Counted from the first letter of the stretch, positions 49,810 to 60,217 are shown. The stretch is DNA of 64,000 bases from Bacteroidia bacterium (GCA_035340715.1 DAOQTX010000004.1:3929-67928), one strand, 5' to 3'. Numbers and translations: made by a program. The notes: generated by a model from the letters alone, not told the origin.

Positions 49810-50739
49810 ATGAAAAAATCCATAACCCTTTTCTTTCTATCTCTATTTTGCATAAGTGGCGCAGTATATGCTCAGGGATGTTCTGACGCAGGATTTTGCT
49901 CAGCCGGATCTATGCAAAATCACAATGGCCAAGATGAATATGTAAACCTAAGCAAAGTGAGTGCCTCTATCAGCTATGGTGTCGGAGAGCAAGGAGTAAG
50001 CATTGTCCAATTCACCCCTGAAGTTCAAATTGGATTGTTTACCGGCACACAAATTCAGGTAAAAATTCCTTTTATGGCCATCAATGGCAATATAGGAAGC
50101 AACAGCGGATTGGGTGATGCAATATTTTCTATTACTCAAAAACTTCCAATCGACTTAAACGATGGAGACATTCTTATTACGGCCGGTAGTCGCATACCCA
50201 TAGGAACGACAGATGAAAAAGATAAAGACGGTCCTTTACCTATGCCGTATCAAACTGGATTAGGAACCTTGGATGGCATTGGTGGTCTTTCGGTCAGACT
50301 TAAACAATGGAAAATGAGTGCAGGCTTTCAGTGGGTAATGGATGATCAAAACAAAAACCAATTTTTACGAGCCGCTTGGCTGGGCAATGAGGATGCACAA
50401 AAATATTTTGAATCCAACAAATTGAAGAGAGGTAATGATGCTTTGTTGCGCATTGATCGATCGTTAAAGGTTGGACGATTTGTATTCACTCCGGGAGTAT
50501 TGGGCATTTATCGTTTAAACAAAGACTCGTATGTAAATGAGAATGGAGTAAGAAGCAGTATTAGTGGAAGCGATGGACTAACATTGAACATCAATCTAAG
50601 TTCCGACATAAAAATAAATGACAAAGCCGGATTGAATGTGATAGCAGCTTTTCCCGCTGTAGTGCGCGACAAACGACCTGATGGACTTACACGTAGTGCG
50701 GTTTTAAGTTTTACCTTTTCACGAACATTGGGAAATTAG
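49810..50739 (+). CDS. Hypothetical outer-membrane beta-barrel protein (possible hydrophobic-compound channel)
   Basis: The product has a signal peptide (MKKSITLFFLSLFCISGAVYAQ), alternating amphipathic strands and a C-terminal aromatic residue (FSRTLGN). It lies directly upstream of the acylase gene. Confidence 0.4.
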   Translation: MKKSITLFFLSLFCISGAVYAQGCSDAGFCSAGSMQNHNGQDEYVNLSKVSASISYGVGEQGVSIVQFTPEVQIGLFTGTQIQVKIPFMAINGNIGSNSGLGDAIFSITQKLPIDLNDGDILITAGSRIPIGTTDEKDKDGPLPMPYQTGLGTLDGIGGLSVRLKQWKMSAGFQWVMDDQNKNQFLRAAWLGNEDAQKYFESNKLKRGNDALLRIDRSLKVGRFVFTPGVLGIYRLNKDSYVNENGVRSSISGSDGLTLNINLSSDIKINDKAGLNVIAAFPAVVRDKRPDGLTRSAVLSFTFSRTLGN

Positions 50740-50855
50740 CAGTATCTATACAAGACCTGCTTTTGGTTTGGTATAGATAATTGCGAGTTGTTTCTCGTTC
50801 TAAACTCTACGAGCAATAACTCGGAAAATCAACTCAGCTTTTTTACCTTAGTTGC

Positions 50856-53246
50856 ATGAAGGTTGTTAAACTTTTTGCTGTAGTCTTTATTGTCTTTATC
50901 CTGTTATTGGGTGGAGGCATCTACTTTTTTCTTCATAAACAAAAACCTCATTACAAAGGAGCGGTGTACATCAAAGGGTTTGAAAATCCTTGTGAGATTT
51001 TGTACGACTCTTATGGCATTCCACACATTATAGCACAAAGTGAACCGGATGCCTACCGTGCTCTGGGTTTTGCAGTGGCGCAGGAACGATTGTTCCAAAT
51101 GGAAATGATGCGAAGAGTTAGCAGCGGAAGATTGTCTGAAGTTTTTGGAGTTAATACATTAGAAATAGATCGTTTTTTTCGCATGGTGGGTTTTAATCAT
51201 TTAGCTTCCAGAGAAGTTGAACGAAATTTCAACAATCCGCATGCTCCATGGACCAAAGCCTGTTTAGCTTATATTGAAGGATTAAATCATTTCATCGAAA
51301 ATGAAAATCTACCGGTGGAGTTTACTTTGCTTGGATTTACACCAAAACCTTATACGCCTGAAGACATGTATTTGATTGCATCGTATATGTCTTTTTCTTT
51401 TGCTATGGGCATTAAAACAGATCCGCTTCTGCAACGGATACTTCAAAATCATGGCCCTACTTATCTCTCTGATTTTTCTTTAGGTTTCGATTCAACCAAA
51501 ATATGTTTGCCCAACGATTGTCAAAACAGCATTCGGCAATTTCCATCTGTGCATGATCGCTTAAGTGCACTGAGAATGCCACAAATCACCGGAAGTAATG
51601 CATGGATTGTTTCTCCTCAAAAAAGTAAAAGCAATTCCGTTTTATTTGCCAACGATCCGCACATCGAATTCAGTCAACCGGCCGTTTGGTACGAGGCGCA
51701 TCTGTCTTATCCCGGTGTGGAATTTACCGGACATTTTTTAGCCGGCTTATGCTTTGCTCCTTTAGGACATTCGCTGCATCATGTTTGGGGAATTACTATG
51801 CTACTCAATGATGATGTCGATTTTCTTTTTGAGAAATATGCTGACAATGATAGTACTAAAGTTAAAGGTATTATTAAGGACTATCCTATTGATGTGCAGG
51901 AGGAAATTATATTGGTAAAAGATAGCGCAGCAGAAAAATTAATTGTTCGGAGGACTAAAAATGGGCCTATCTGCTCTGATGTAATGAAAGATATTAAATC
52001 TATGTCAGATCAACCAGTTTCTTTATCATGGACCTATTTGAAAACCGAAAATGATCTTTTGCAGGTGATGTATGGTATGATGCATGCCAAAAACATGAAA
52101 GTATTTAGGAGAGAGCTTGAAAAAATTGCTTCGCCCGGACTAAATATCATGTATGCCGATAAGGAAAATATTGCTTGGTTTGCTGCCGCTCATTTTGTGA
52201 AACGAAACGACAGTATATTTCCCAGTCTATTTCGTTCAGCATATAGCAACAACTTTAACGACAGCTATTTTGACCCGAAGAATAATCCTTGTTCGGTAAA
52301 TCCCGAACGCGGATATGTGTACTCTGCTAACAACCAACCCGAGCCAAAAAATGGAATGTTTCATCCGGGATATTATGTGAATGATGACCGGGCTTTACGA
52401 ATAACACAGGTATTGTCTTCAAAGGATAAGCTAAGTGTTGAAGATTTTAAAAATCTTCAATTGGATGATACCTCTCAAGTGATGAATGCGGTCAAAAATA
52501 TTCTGATAGCAGAAATCAAAAATGTTGATCATTCTGAAATAAATGCAGCTGAACTATTTCAACAGCTTAAAAAATGGAACGGAAGTTTTAATAAAGAAGA
52601 GTCCACCCCTGTGTTTTTCAATCAATTCTTATTTGAGGTATTGGAGTTATTGTTATTGGATGAATTGGGGACAGAAGATTTTAAGGCGATGCTTAAAACA
52701 CATGTTTTAAAAACCGGTATGGAACGTATTCTCAAAAACGATAGTAGTGTATGGTGGGACAATGTATTGACCAAAAATCATCGGGAAACGAAAATTGAAA
52801 TCATCAATCAAGCTTTTTATAATGCTGTTCGTAAACTAAATACAGTGTATGGAAAGAAATATGAAAAATGGAAATGGGGAAATGCTCATCAATTGGAACA
52901 CCCTCATTTAATTGGGAAACAAGAACCGCTGAACAAAATTTTGAATGTAGGTCCATTTGCCACTAGCGGTGGTAACGAAACTGTGAACAATATGGGATAT
53001 GAAATGAATGAAAAGGGAAAAATGCTAGTTCGCTTTGGTCCAAGCATGCGTAAAATTCTTGATCTTGCTCATCCTGAAGAAGGATGGAACATATCGCCTA
53101 CTGGTCAATCGGGTAATTTCATGAGTAAACACTATAGAGATCAGGCAGAAATGTTTGTCAATGGTTCGTATCGTTCCATGACAATGAATCATGAAAGGAT
53201 TAAGACAGAATATAAATCGAAAATGATGTTAAAACCTAAACGATGA
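50856..53246 (+). CDS. Penicillin acylase family (S45, Ntn-hydrolase) protein; candidate N-acyl-homoserine-lactone acylase
   Basis: The 796-aa product has an N-terminal TM/signal, an alpha-subunit motif (YDSYGIPHIIA) and the beta-subunit N-terminal nucleophile context ITGSNAWIVSP, which is typical of PvdQ/AhlM-type acylases. Confidence 0.8.
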   Translation: MKVVKLFAVVFIVFILLLGGGIYFFLHKQKPHYKGAVYIKGFENPCEILYDSYGIPHIIAQSEPDAYRALGFAVAQERLFQMEMMRRVSSGRLSEVFGVNTLEIDRFFRMVGFNHLASREVERNFNNPHAPWTKACLAYIEGLNHFIENENLPVEFTLLGFTPKPYTPEDMYLIASYMSFSFAMGIKTDPLLQRILQNHGPTYLSDFSLGFDSTKICLPNDCQNSIRQFPSVHDRLSALRMPQITGSNAWIVSPQKSKSNSVLFANDPHIEFSQPAVWYEAHLSYPGVEFTGHFLAGLCFAPLGHSLHHVWGITMLLNDDVDFLFEKYADNDSTKVKGIIKDYPIDVQEEIILVKDSAAEKLIVRRTKNGPICSDVMKDIKSMSDQPVSLSWTYLKTENDLLQVMYGMMHAKNMKVFRRELEKIASPGLNIMYADKENIAWFAAAHFVKRNDSIFPSLFRSAYSNNFNDSYFDPKNNPCSVNPERGYVYSANNQPEPKNGMFHPGYYVNDDRALRITQVLSSKDKLSVEDFKNLQLDDTSQVMNAVKNILIAEIKNVDHSEINAAELFQQLKKWNGSFNKEESTPVFFNQFLFEVLELLLLDELGTEDFKAMLKTHVLKTGMERILKNDSSVWWDNVLTKNHRETKIEIINQAFYNAVRKLNTVYGKKYEKWKWGNAHQLEHPHLIGKQEPLNKILNVGPFATSGGNETVNNMGYEMNEKGKMLVRFGPSMRKILDLAHPEEGWNISPTGQSGNFMSKHYRDQAEMFVNGSYRSMTMNHERIKTEYKSKMMLKPKR

Positions 53247-54332
53247 GATCTGTGCTGCTTGCTTTGAATCAATGCCAATTAATCTTCCATACATTCGATG
53301 AATCAAATGCAAGGAAAATGTATTTAAGAATAGAATACAAGTAAGAAAGGACAGTATAATCATACTGTTGATTCCAACCGATGGAGCCATGATACTAAAA
53401 AAAATCAGTGTCAGGTTTACGAATGCAATCAAAAACACAGTGCCGGTCTGACGAAATCCATTTCTTAAAATCATATGATGCAAATGATTTCTATCGGCCA
53501 TCAATGGAGATCGTTTTTCTATTAATCGTATAATCGAAACTCGTATCAAATCGTATATCGGTACAAACAAAGTGGCAAAGACTAATTTGGAAACTTCTAA
53601 ACTATTGAGTGTGTTTCCAAATGGTTGATTTAATAATTCAATAGCCATTACCGCCATCATAAATCCTATGATCATAGATCCGGTATCACCCATAAAGACT
53701 TTTGCGGGATGCAGATTAAAGGCTAAGAAAGAGAGTAACGAACCAGCAACACAGAAACATAAACAGGTATAAGTATAATTTCCTGCTGTATAAAACATGA
53801 CACCGAAAACAGAGGCCATAATCACGCCCAATACACCAGCTAAACCATCAATGCCATCAATTAGATTAAATGCATTGGTAAACGATACCACAAAAAGCAG
53901 GGTTAACGGAATTTGAAACATGGGTGCAATTTCATTGATCCCAAATAAACCATAGAAGGAAACTATTTTTATGTCACCTGCAACAATTAATAATGCTGCT
54001 AGTATTTGCAAAAACAATTTACTCAGTGCTTCAATATTTAATAAATCATCAAAAAAGCCGGTGAAGAACATAATCATTAAAGCAGCAGATAAGTAACCGG
54101 ATGCAGGAGTTTGATAGAAGGCTGAGAAAATGAAAAACGAAACAAAAGTTCCAATAAATATGGCTATGCCTCCCATATTCGGTGTATGGTTTGCGTGTTG
54201 TTTTCGCTCATCGGGCGTATCAAATAAATTCCATCGGGTACACACCTTTAACCACATCGGCATCCATGCAAAGCAAATAATGTAAGCCATCAGTGCCGGT
54301 AAAATAATCTTAGAGAGTATAGGTACATCCAT
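53229..54332 (-). CDS. Undecaprenyl-phosphate sugar-1-phosphate transferase (MraY/WecA family)
   Basis: The 367-aa product has about 10 TM helices and resembles the polyprenyl-phosphate GlcNAc-1-P transferase family (DDLLNI, NLIDGIDGLA). Confidence 0.7.
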   Translation of the reverse strand: MDVPILSKIILPALMAYIICFAWMPMWLKVCTRWNLFDTPDERKQHANHTPNMGGIAIFIGTFVSFFIFSAFYQTPASGYLSAALMIMFFTGFFDDLLNIEALSKLFLQILAALLIVAGDIKIVSFYGLFGINEIAPMFQIPLTLLFVVSFTNAFNLIDGIDGLAGVLGVIMASVFGVMFYTAGNYTYTCLCFCVAGSLLSFLAFNLHPAKVFMGDTGSMIIGFMMAVMAIELLNQPFGNTLNSLEVSKLVFATLFVPIYDLIRVSIIRLIEKRSPLMADRNHLHHMILRNGFRQTGTVFLIAFVNLTLIFFSIMAPSVGINSMIILSFLTCILFLNTFSLHLIHRMYGRLIGIDSKQAAQISSFRF

Positions 54333-54357
54333 AGGTTAGGGTTTTACTTTTTCTTTT

Positions 54358-56070
54358 TTATCTGAGCGTTCGGATGATGTTTAGTTCTACCCTTCTATTC
54401 TTTCCTTTAATATCTTGGTTCATATTGTCAACAACAGGAACCAATTCACCAAAAGCTATAGTGCGTATACGTGACTCCTCAATTCCTTGTTTCATCAAGT
54501 ATGTTTTAATAGCATCGGCTCTTTTTTGACTCAATATCATATTGTATGCCTCATCACCTTCATCATCGGTATGACCGGATAATATCATGACGGTGTTTTT
54601 ATCGCTATACAAACTATCGAGGGTTTGTTCCAATAAATCGAAATGCATTGTTCGCACATCTGCTTTATCGGTTTCGAACTCGATATTACCCATGCGGATT
54701 TGTTTCTCTTTTGGTTTTGCATTAGGATCAGGACAACCATTAAACTCTTTTGATCCTTTTATGTAAGGACAAGCGTCTTCAAAATCGCTGATCCCATCTT
54801 TATCTGTATCGGGACAGCCCATAGTGGCCGCTGTACCTTTCACATAAATACACTGATCAATTTTATTTGGAATACCGTCACCATCTGCATCAATATCCGA
54901 TACCGGACATCCTTTTGTTTCAGCAGGTCCTGCTTCATCCGGACAGAGGTCATTCGCATCCATTATTCCATCGCCATCCATATCTCCTGTTTTAGAAACA
55001 TTCTTTTGAATTGGACAACCATTATTGGATGCTTCACCAAATACATCCGGACATTGATCTTCTGCATCAATTACACCATCCAAATCTTTATCGCTGAAGA
55101 CTATACTTTCTTTGCCATCCTTTTTATTGTTCTTCTTAGGACCAATAGGCAAAACAGAAACCGAAAGTTCGAATGATCCGGGCGAAGCTGCAGAAGCCAA
55201 TTGAGAAGTAGTGATATCATAACTCAATCCCAATAGCATTCGCTTTACCTGAAAGCCGGTGTGCAATACAATTGCGCCTTCATTTCTATAAAATGTTCCG
55301 AACTGAAGAACATTCTCATTGTTCATTTTAAAATCAGCCAATACACCCCCTACTGTTTCTGCAAATGGACCTTGTGAGGTATACATCAACATTGGAGAAA
55401 GTTTGGTTTGTTCATTGACTCTTATAGAAGCTCCTACTTGTAGATTTAACTTGGAAGGCAAAATGTTTTGATCAATGATAAATGTTTCCTTTGGCTCAAT
55501 AATATGGTGTAAGGCTGCACCCACATATGGTTTTATTTTTCTGCTCTCGTCTAATGAACCATGCTCGTATAAAAATCCAGCATTCAAGTCGGGGCGATTT
55601 GTTTTCAGCGAACTGAAAATTTCACCGGAGTTAAGATTGGGATCAAAACTTCCATCGGGAGAATACTGATTATCGAAACTCATCTTTGATGGATCGAAAC
55701 TCTTTTGAATTAATCCTACTTGAAAACCAAAACCTAAAATATTTTTTCCTATGGGTTGACGATAGCCAAATGTACCTTGAATATTCGTTTGCTTAATGCC
55801 AGCTTCGCCAGTTCCTTGATGCATAAAATAGGCTCCAAAGCCAAAGCGTTCAACCGCTTTGTCTACACTAAAACTTTGTGTACTGTAGTTTACTGCGTTA
55901 GACCATTGTGTTCTATACAATCCGCTTATTCGTACGTAGTCTATGCCGTGTCCTGTAAAGGAAGGATTGTTGTAGATCGGATTATTGAAAAACTGAGAGA
56001 AATGAGGATCCTGAGCGTGAACCGAAAAGCTCAGCAGCGAAATCATTAAGTATGTTGCTAATCTTTTCAT
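54358..56070 (-). CDS. PorP/SprF-family T9SS outer-membrane protein fused to thrombospondin-type-3 repeats and a C-terminal OmpA peptidoglycan-binding domain
   Basis: The N-terminus (QDPHFSQFFNNPIYNNPSFTG) matches the PorP/SprF signature. Four D-x-D-x-DG-x-x-D-x-x-D-x-CP calcium-binding repeats follow. The C-terminus has the OmpA motif (NRRVELNII). Confidence 0.75.
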   Translation of the reverse strand: MKRLATYLMISLLSFSVHAQDPHFSQFFNNPIYNNPSFTGHGIDYVRISGLYRTQWSNAVNYSTQSFSVDKAVERFGFGAYFMHQGTGEAGIKQTNIQGTFGYRQPIGKNILGFGFQVGLIQKSFDPSKMSFDNQYSPDGSFDPNLNSGEIFSSLKTNRPDLNAGFLYEHGSLDESRKIKPYVGAALHHIIEPKETFIIDQNILPSKLNLQVGASIRVNEQTKLSPMLMYTSQGPFAETVGGVLADFKMNNENVLQFGTFYRNEGAIVLHTGFQVKRMLLGLSYDITTSQLASAASPGSFELSVSVLPIGPKKNNKKDGKESIVFSDKDLDGVIDAEDQCPDVFGEASNNGCPIQKNVSKTGDMDGDGIMDANDLCPDEAGPAETKGCPVSDIDADGDGIPNKIDQCIYVKGTAATMGCPDTDKDGISDFEDACPYIKGSKEFNGCPDPNAKPKEKQIRMGNIEFETDKADVRTMHFDLLEQTLDSLYSDKNTVMILSGHTDDEGDEAYNMILSQKRADAIKTYLMKQGIEESRIRTIAFGELVPVVDNMNQDIKGKNRRVELNIIRTLR

Positions 56071-56072
56071 GT

Positions 56073-59027
56073 TTATCGTATCACGCTTATTTTACCTTGG
56101 AAGGTTTTTTCACTTCCATCATTTAATTCAACATTGATCAAATAAGAATAAGTACCATTTTGTACAGTATTGCCCTTTAAGCTTCCATCCCATCCGCTAA
56201 GTGCATTGTCGTTGTTGTAAATCAGATGTCCCCATTGATTGAAAATTTTCATTTCAACGTTTTGCAAATTGGGAGCTCTGACTCTAAAAATATCGTTCAC
56301 GCCATCGCTGTTGGGTGTGAATGTGGTGGGTATAAATACTTTTAAATCGGTGCTAACAAAAACGATTTTTGTTTCCGTACTGCTGCAACCATCGCTGCTT
56401 GTAGCTTGTAGAGTAATTGTATAATATCCGCTTTGGGTATAGGTATAAGTTGGGTTGGCTGCAAATGATGTTCCACCTCCATTAAGGGTATCACCAAATT
56501 GCCAAAGGTATTGTACGCCTGCAACACTAGCCGACTGAAAAGCAACAGCGTATCCGTTTTGAACTGTGCTTACTGAATAATTGAATGTTGAAACAGGAAC
56601 CGGACTTACAAATATATTTACCGGATATCGAGATTTTCTTTTACATCCATTCGCTCCGGTTACATCAATAAAGTACGAAGTAGTGTTTTGTAGTATGGGC
56701 GATTGAAACGAATTCCCATTCCCAACTATACTGCCTCCTGTTAAACTGTTGTACCAAACATAAGTGTCATTATTGGGATTATCTGCTTGAAGTAACACCG
56801 CTTGATTTCCACAGATGGTGGTATCACTTATATTCGGATCTTCGGGTACAGGCATAGCATTTACCAAAACAGAATCACTTACGATAAATGTTCCATTGCC
56901 TTGAGTTACCATAACGTAGTAGTAACCATAAAGCTTTGCGTAAATCTGTTGTGCTGTTAATCCTGCCACCGGAGCACCATTGTAAAACCATTGATTTCCA
57001 CTACTGAAGTTTGAGCTCAACAGAACTGAATCACCAGAACAAAATGTAGTGGATCCAATAATGTTCATGATGCTTCCTTGTGTTACTTTAATAACTACAA
57101 CAGTAGGAGATTGATTGCTGCAACCAAAAGAGTTGGTTACGGTTACTGAAAAAGTTCCGCTATCATTCACCATTATGTTTTGAGTGCTGGCTCCATTTGA
57201 CCATAGGTAGTTTACATTGGTATTGTTACAATTCAAACTCACTGTGTTGCCCGCATTAAGCAATACATATCCTAAAGGTGTTATGCTGGCGGTATCAATT
57301 GGGTGATGCGATACCAATATGGATGATGAAACTGATGTACATCCAAAGTTATCACTTGCCAATACTGTATATGCTCCGCTGTTTTTTACTACAATGTTCT
57401 GAGTTGTCTCTCCGCTTGACCAAACATAAGTTGCTCCACCTTGCGCTTCTAAAATAACACTGTCGCCCGGACAAAAGGTTGTATCTCCCAAAGCAGATAT
57501 AGTGACAGCAGGTCCGCTTGAAATGCTTGCAATAATAGGGCCTGCTGTAGCTTTACATCCTGCACTGTCGCTTACGGTTACATAATAATTTCCTGCCTGT
57601 GTTAAAAAAATCTGTTGCGTAGTGGCTCCATTAGACCATAAATAACTGTTGGCTGTATTGCTTGTAATTAATAAAGAATCACCATTGCAAATAGAAACAT
57701 TTCCTGCAGGATTGGTAACCGCTGATGGTGGCTGTCCTACTATAATGGAAATACTGTTGGAGAAATAAACCGACCCAATGGTATCGTATCCAATACAGGT
57801 AAATTGACTGGTTCCAGGATTAGGTATTTGAATAATTGACGATGATGGAGTATTAAATAAATAGGTTCCATTTTTATACCAACTGTAGGATGCCAAATTA
57901 TTAATAGAAGAACTTAATATGACTGTATCGCCAAAACAAAAAGTATTGCTTCCATTGTTGGAACTAAGTGTGATGGTACTGTTAGAAACATTTTGAATTT
58001 TTCTGATCAACTGATTATAACAATCGGCAACATACAGACCATTGTCGTTGGGATTAAAAGTTATACCTGTTGCCCCATCAAATCTTGCTTGAGTTCCTAC
58101 TCCATTCACTGCACCTGTAGCTCCCGGTTGACCGGCATAGGTTGATACCGTAGGGAATGCTCCCGAACTGATTTTACGTATGGTAAAATTATACCCATCC
58201 GCTATATAAATGTTGTTCTGTTTATCTACAGAAACATCCCATGGATAATTAAACATAGAGGCCATTGGTTGTCCATTGGATGAACCAATTATACCAACAC
58301 CCGCTATGGTGCTTACATTTCCTGTCGGGCTTACTTGACGAATCAAATGATTCCACTCATCGGCTACAATAATGTTTTCGTTTATGTCTAAACAAATTCC
58401 ATAAGGACGATAAAAACGTGCTGTATTTCCAACTCCATCGTTCGTCCCGCTCATATATGGCATACCGGCTAAGGTGATCACATTTCCATTTTCCAGCTTT
58501 CGGATGGTATGGGTCATATGATCGGCTATGTAAACGATTCCATCTTCTGTAACACATATACCACTTGGAAATCCAAAACTCGATAACATGGCGGGTCCGT
58601 TGGTGGTTCCGAAACTTCCGGTTCCGGCAATGGTGGTTACCACTCCTTGTGGAGTAATTTTTCTGATTTTATAATTCTTCGTATCAGCTACATACACATT
58701 GTCGGCTGTATCACAAGCAACAGCCCATGGTTCATAGAATGATGCATTGCTGCCTATTCCATCGAAAGAACCTATGATACCTGATCCTGCAAATGTGCTT
58801 ACTAAACCAGCAGGAGTTATTTTACGGATGACGTGATTGTTTCGATCGGCAACATATAGATTTCCATTCTTGTCAGAACTTACTCCATGCGGCCCATCAA
58901 ATGTAGCCATGATTCCCACTGCATTAGTCATGCCGGTAGTATCGACTTTGCCCGCCCAGGTACTCACCAATTGCGCATTGGAAAACAATGGCAACAGCAT
59001 TATCCATATGATTAACTTTAACCTCAT
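56073..59027 (-). CDS. Large secreted NHL-repeat / Ig-like-domain protein with T9SS type-B (gliding-motility-associated, CHU_C-like) C-terminal domain
   Basis: The 984-aa product has about 6 N-terminal NHL-like repeats (YVADxxNHxIRKI). Middle beta-sandwich repeats carry conserved Cys/Trp residues. The C-terminus (VFIPTTFTPNSDGVNDIF...WDGSLKGNTVQNGTYSY) is of the type-B kind that is typically paired with a downstream PorP/SprF gene. Confidence 0.75.
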   Translation of the reverse strand: MRLKLIIWIMLLPLFSNAQLVSTWAGKVDTTGMTNAVGIMATFDGPHGVSSDKNGNLYVADRNNHVIRKITPAGLVSTFAGSGIIGSFDGIGSNASFYEPWAVACDTADNVYVADTKNYKIRKITPQGVVTTIAGTGSFGTTNGPAMLSSFGFPSGICVTEDGIVYIADHMTHTIRKLENGNVITLAGMPYMSGTNDGVGNTARFYRPYGICLDINENIIVADEWNHLIRQVSPTGNVSTIAGVGIIGSSNGQPMASMFNYPWDVSVDKQNNIYIADGYNFTIRKISSGAFPTVSTYAGQPGATGAVNGVGTQARFDGATGITFNPNDNGLYVADCYNQLIRKIQNVSNSTITLSSNNGSNTFCFGDTVILSSSINNLASYSWYKNGTYLFNTPSSSIIQIPNPGTSQFTCIGYDTIGSVYFSNSISIIVGQPPSAVTNPAGNVSICNGDSLLITSNTANSYLWSNGATTQQIFLTQAGNYYVTVSDSAGCKATAGPIIASISSGPAVTISALGDTTFCPGDSVILEAQGGATYVWSSGETTQNIVVKNSGAYTVLASDNFGCTSVSSSILVSHHPIDTASITPLGYVLLNAGNTVSLNCNNTNVNYLWSNGASTQNIMVNDSGTFSVTVTNSFGCSNQSPTVVVIKVTQGSIMNIIGSTTFCSGDSVLLSSNFSSGNQWFYNGAPVAGLTAQQIYAKLYGYYYVMVTQGNGTFIVSDSVLVNAMPVPEDPNISDTTICGNQAVLLQADNPNNDTYVWYNSLTGGSIVGNGNSFQSPILQNTTSYFIDVTGANGCKRKSRYPVNIFVSPVPVSTFNYSVSTVQNGYAVAFQSASVAGVQYLWQFGDTLNGGGTSFAANPTYTYTQSGYYTITLQATSSDGCSSTETKIVFVSTDLKVFIPTTFTPNSDGVNDIFRVRAPNLQNVEMKIFNQWGHLIYNNDNALSGWDGSLKGNTVQNGTYSYLINVELNDGSEKTFQGKISVIR

Positions 59028-60217
59028 GCAGAATAGCTCTTTTGAATTTGAGTAGTATATGCCGGAGTATTAAATGGAACAGAAACTTTTCCTGTTTCCA
59101 GTGCTGCTTGTGGCAACAAACGAATTATGGCAGATCTATACTTGGAAGAAATTTCTTCCCAACGATACCTGCGATAAGCAATTTCATACATATCCTTCGA
59201 CACTTTTCTTCTTTGATTTTGGTCCATGGTGTTGATCACATCGACCAACTCATTTACATTCCTGAAATACGCAGCTTTACCCTCTGTGGTTTCAAAATTG
59301 TAAGAAACATTGAATGCAAGCACCGGACGGGCCAAATACATCGCCTCAACCAACGATGGATTGGTACCTCCTGCACTATGACCATGCACATAAAGCGAAC
59401 AATTACTTCGAATGATATCCAAACGAACTTGTTCATAGATGGGATCGAGTATGGTGATGTTTGAGTAAACACTGTATTTTTCGCGCAACATCTTTCCATA
59501 TTGATTGTGATTCCAAATACCAATGATCACCAATCTGTTTTGAGGGGTTTGTGCAAATGCCTCCAATATGATGTGAATATTGTTCTCTGGTTCAATGCGA
59601 CAAACCGTAAAGGCATAATCGCCCTTAACAAAAGGATAGCGCTCAACAAACGACTCGTACTTCTTTAATCGTAAGGCATGATCTGCACCATATTCTATCA
59701 ATACGGCCTCTTTGCCATATTCATTTCTTACATAATCTTGAATCGCTTTATTGTCTGCAATTACGGTATCGGCAAAACGCACCGCTATGCTCTCCGAAAT
59801 TTTTAAATATCGTTTTACAAATCCATTCCACTTGTCTCTTTTCCATTCAAGTCCATCTATGTTTACAATGATGGGCTTAGATGAGAATGCTTTTATGAAT
59901 GGAATCAATAAAGCTCCCGAAACGCCTAATAATAAAAGTACATTAGAATATAACAGAGCATGAATCATACTGATCATGTCATAAAGAATGCTTTGATATC
60001 CATTTGCATTCAATGGAATGTAATGCAGACGTGCTTTTTTATAATGAGTCGGTCTTTTCTTTTGAAAGTAATATTTGGTGCTGCAATAAACTCGAATATC
60101 GAATTTGCGACCTAAATGTTGGACTAAGAAATTAGCGAGTGTTTCGAAACCACCATAGCGTGCAGGTAGTCCGGTACAACCTATTATTGAGAGTTTTGGT
60201 TTAGGTAGATTGGGCAT
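59024..60217 (-). CDS. Glycosyltransferase, DUF1972 N-domain plus GT4 (group 1) domain
   Basis: The 397-aa product has an N-terminal LSIIGCTGLPARYGGFETL region (DUF1972-like) and a C-terminal GT-B fold. It overlaps the downstream NHL cargo gene by 4 nt. Confidence 0.65.
   Translation of the reverse strand: MPNLPKPKLSIIGCTGLPARYGGFETLANFLVQHLGRKFDIRVYCSTKYYFQKKRPTHYKKARLHYIPLNANGYQSILYDMISMIHALLYSNVLLLLGVSGALLIPFIKAFSSKPIIVNIDGLEWKRDKWNGFVKRYLKISESIAVRFADTVIADNKAIQDYVRNEYGKEAVLIEYGADHALRLKKYESFVERYPFVKGDYAFTVCRIEPENNIHIILEAFAQTPQNRLVIIGIWNHNQYGKMLREKYSVYSNITILDPIYEQVRLDIIRSNCSLYVHGHSAGGTNPSLVEAMYLARPVLAFNVSYNFETTEGKAAYFRNVNELVDVINTMDQNQRRKVSKDMYEIAYRRYRWEEISSKYRSAIIRLLPQAALETGKVSVPFNTPAYTTQIQKSYSA

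Noticed and set aside
50740-50855. Three small cgag/ctcg hairpins between the OM barrel and the acylase genes
   Set aside because: The stems are only 4-5 bp, with no U-tract and no conserved RNA motif. This is likely incidental; it is noted only as weak possible attenuation.
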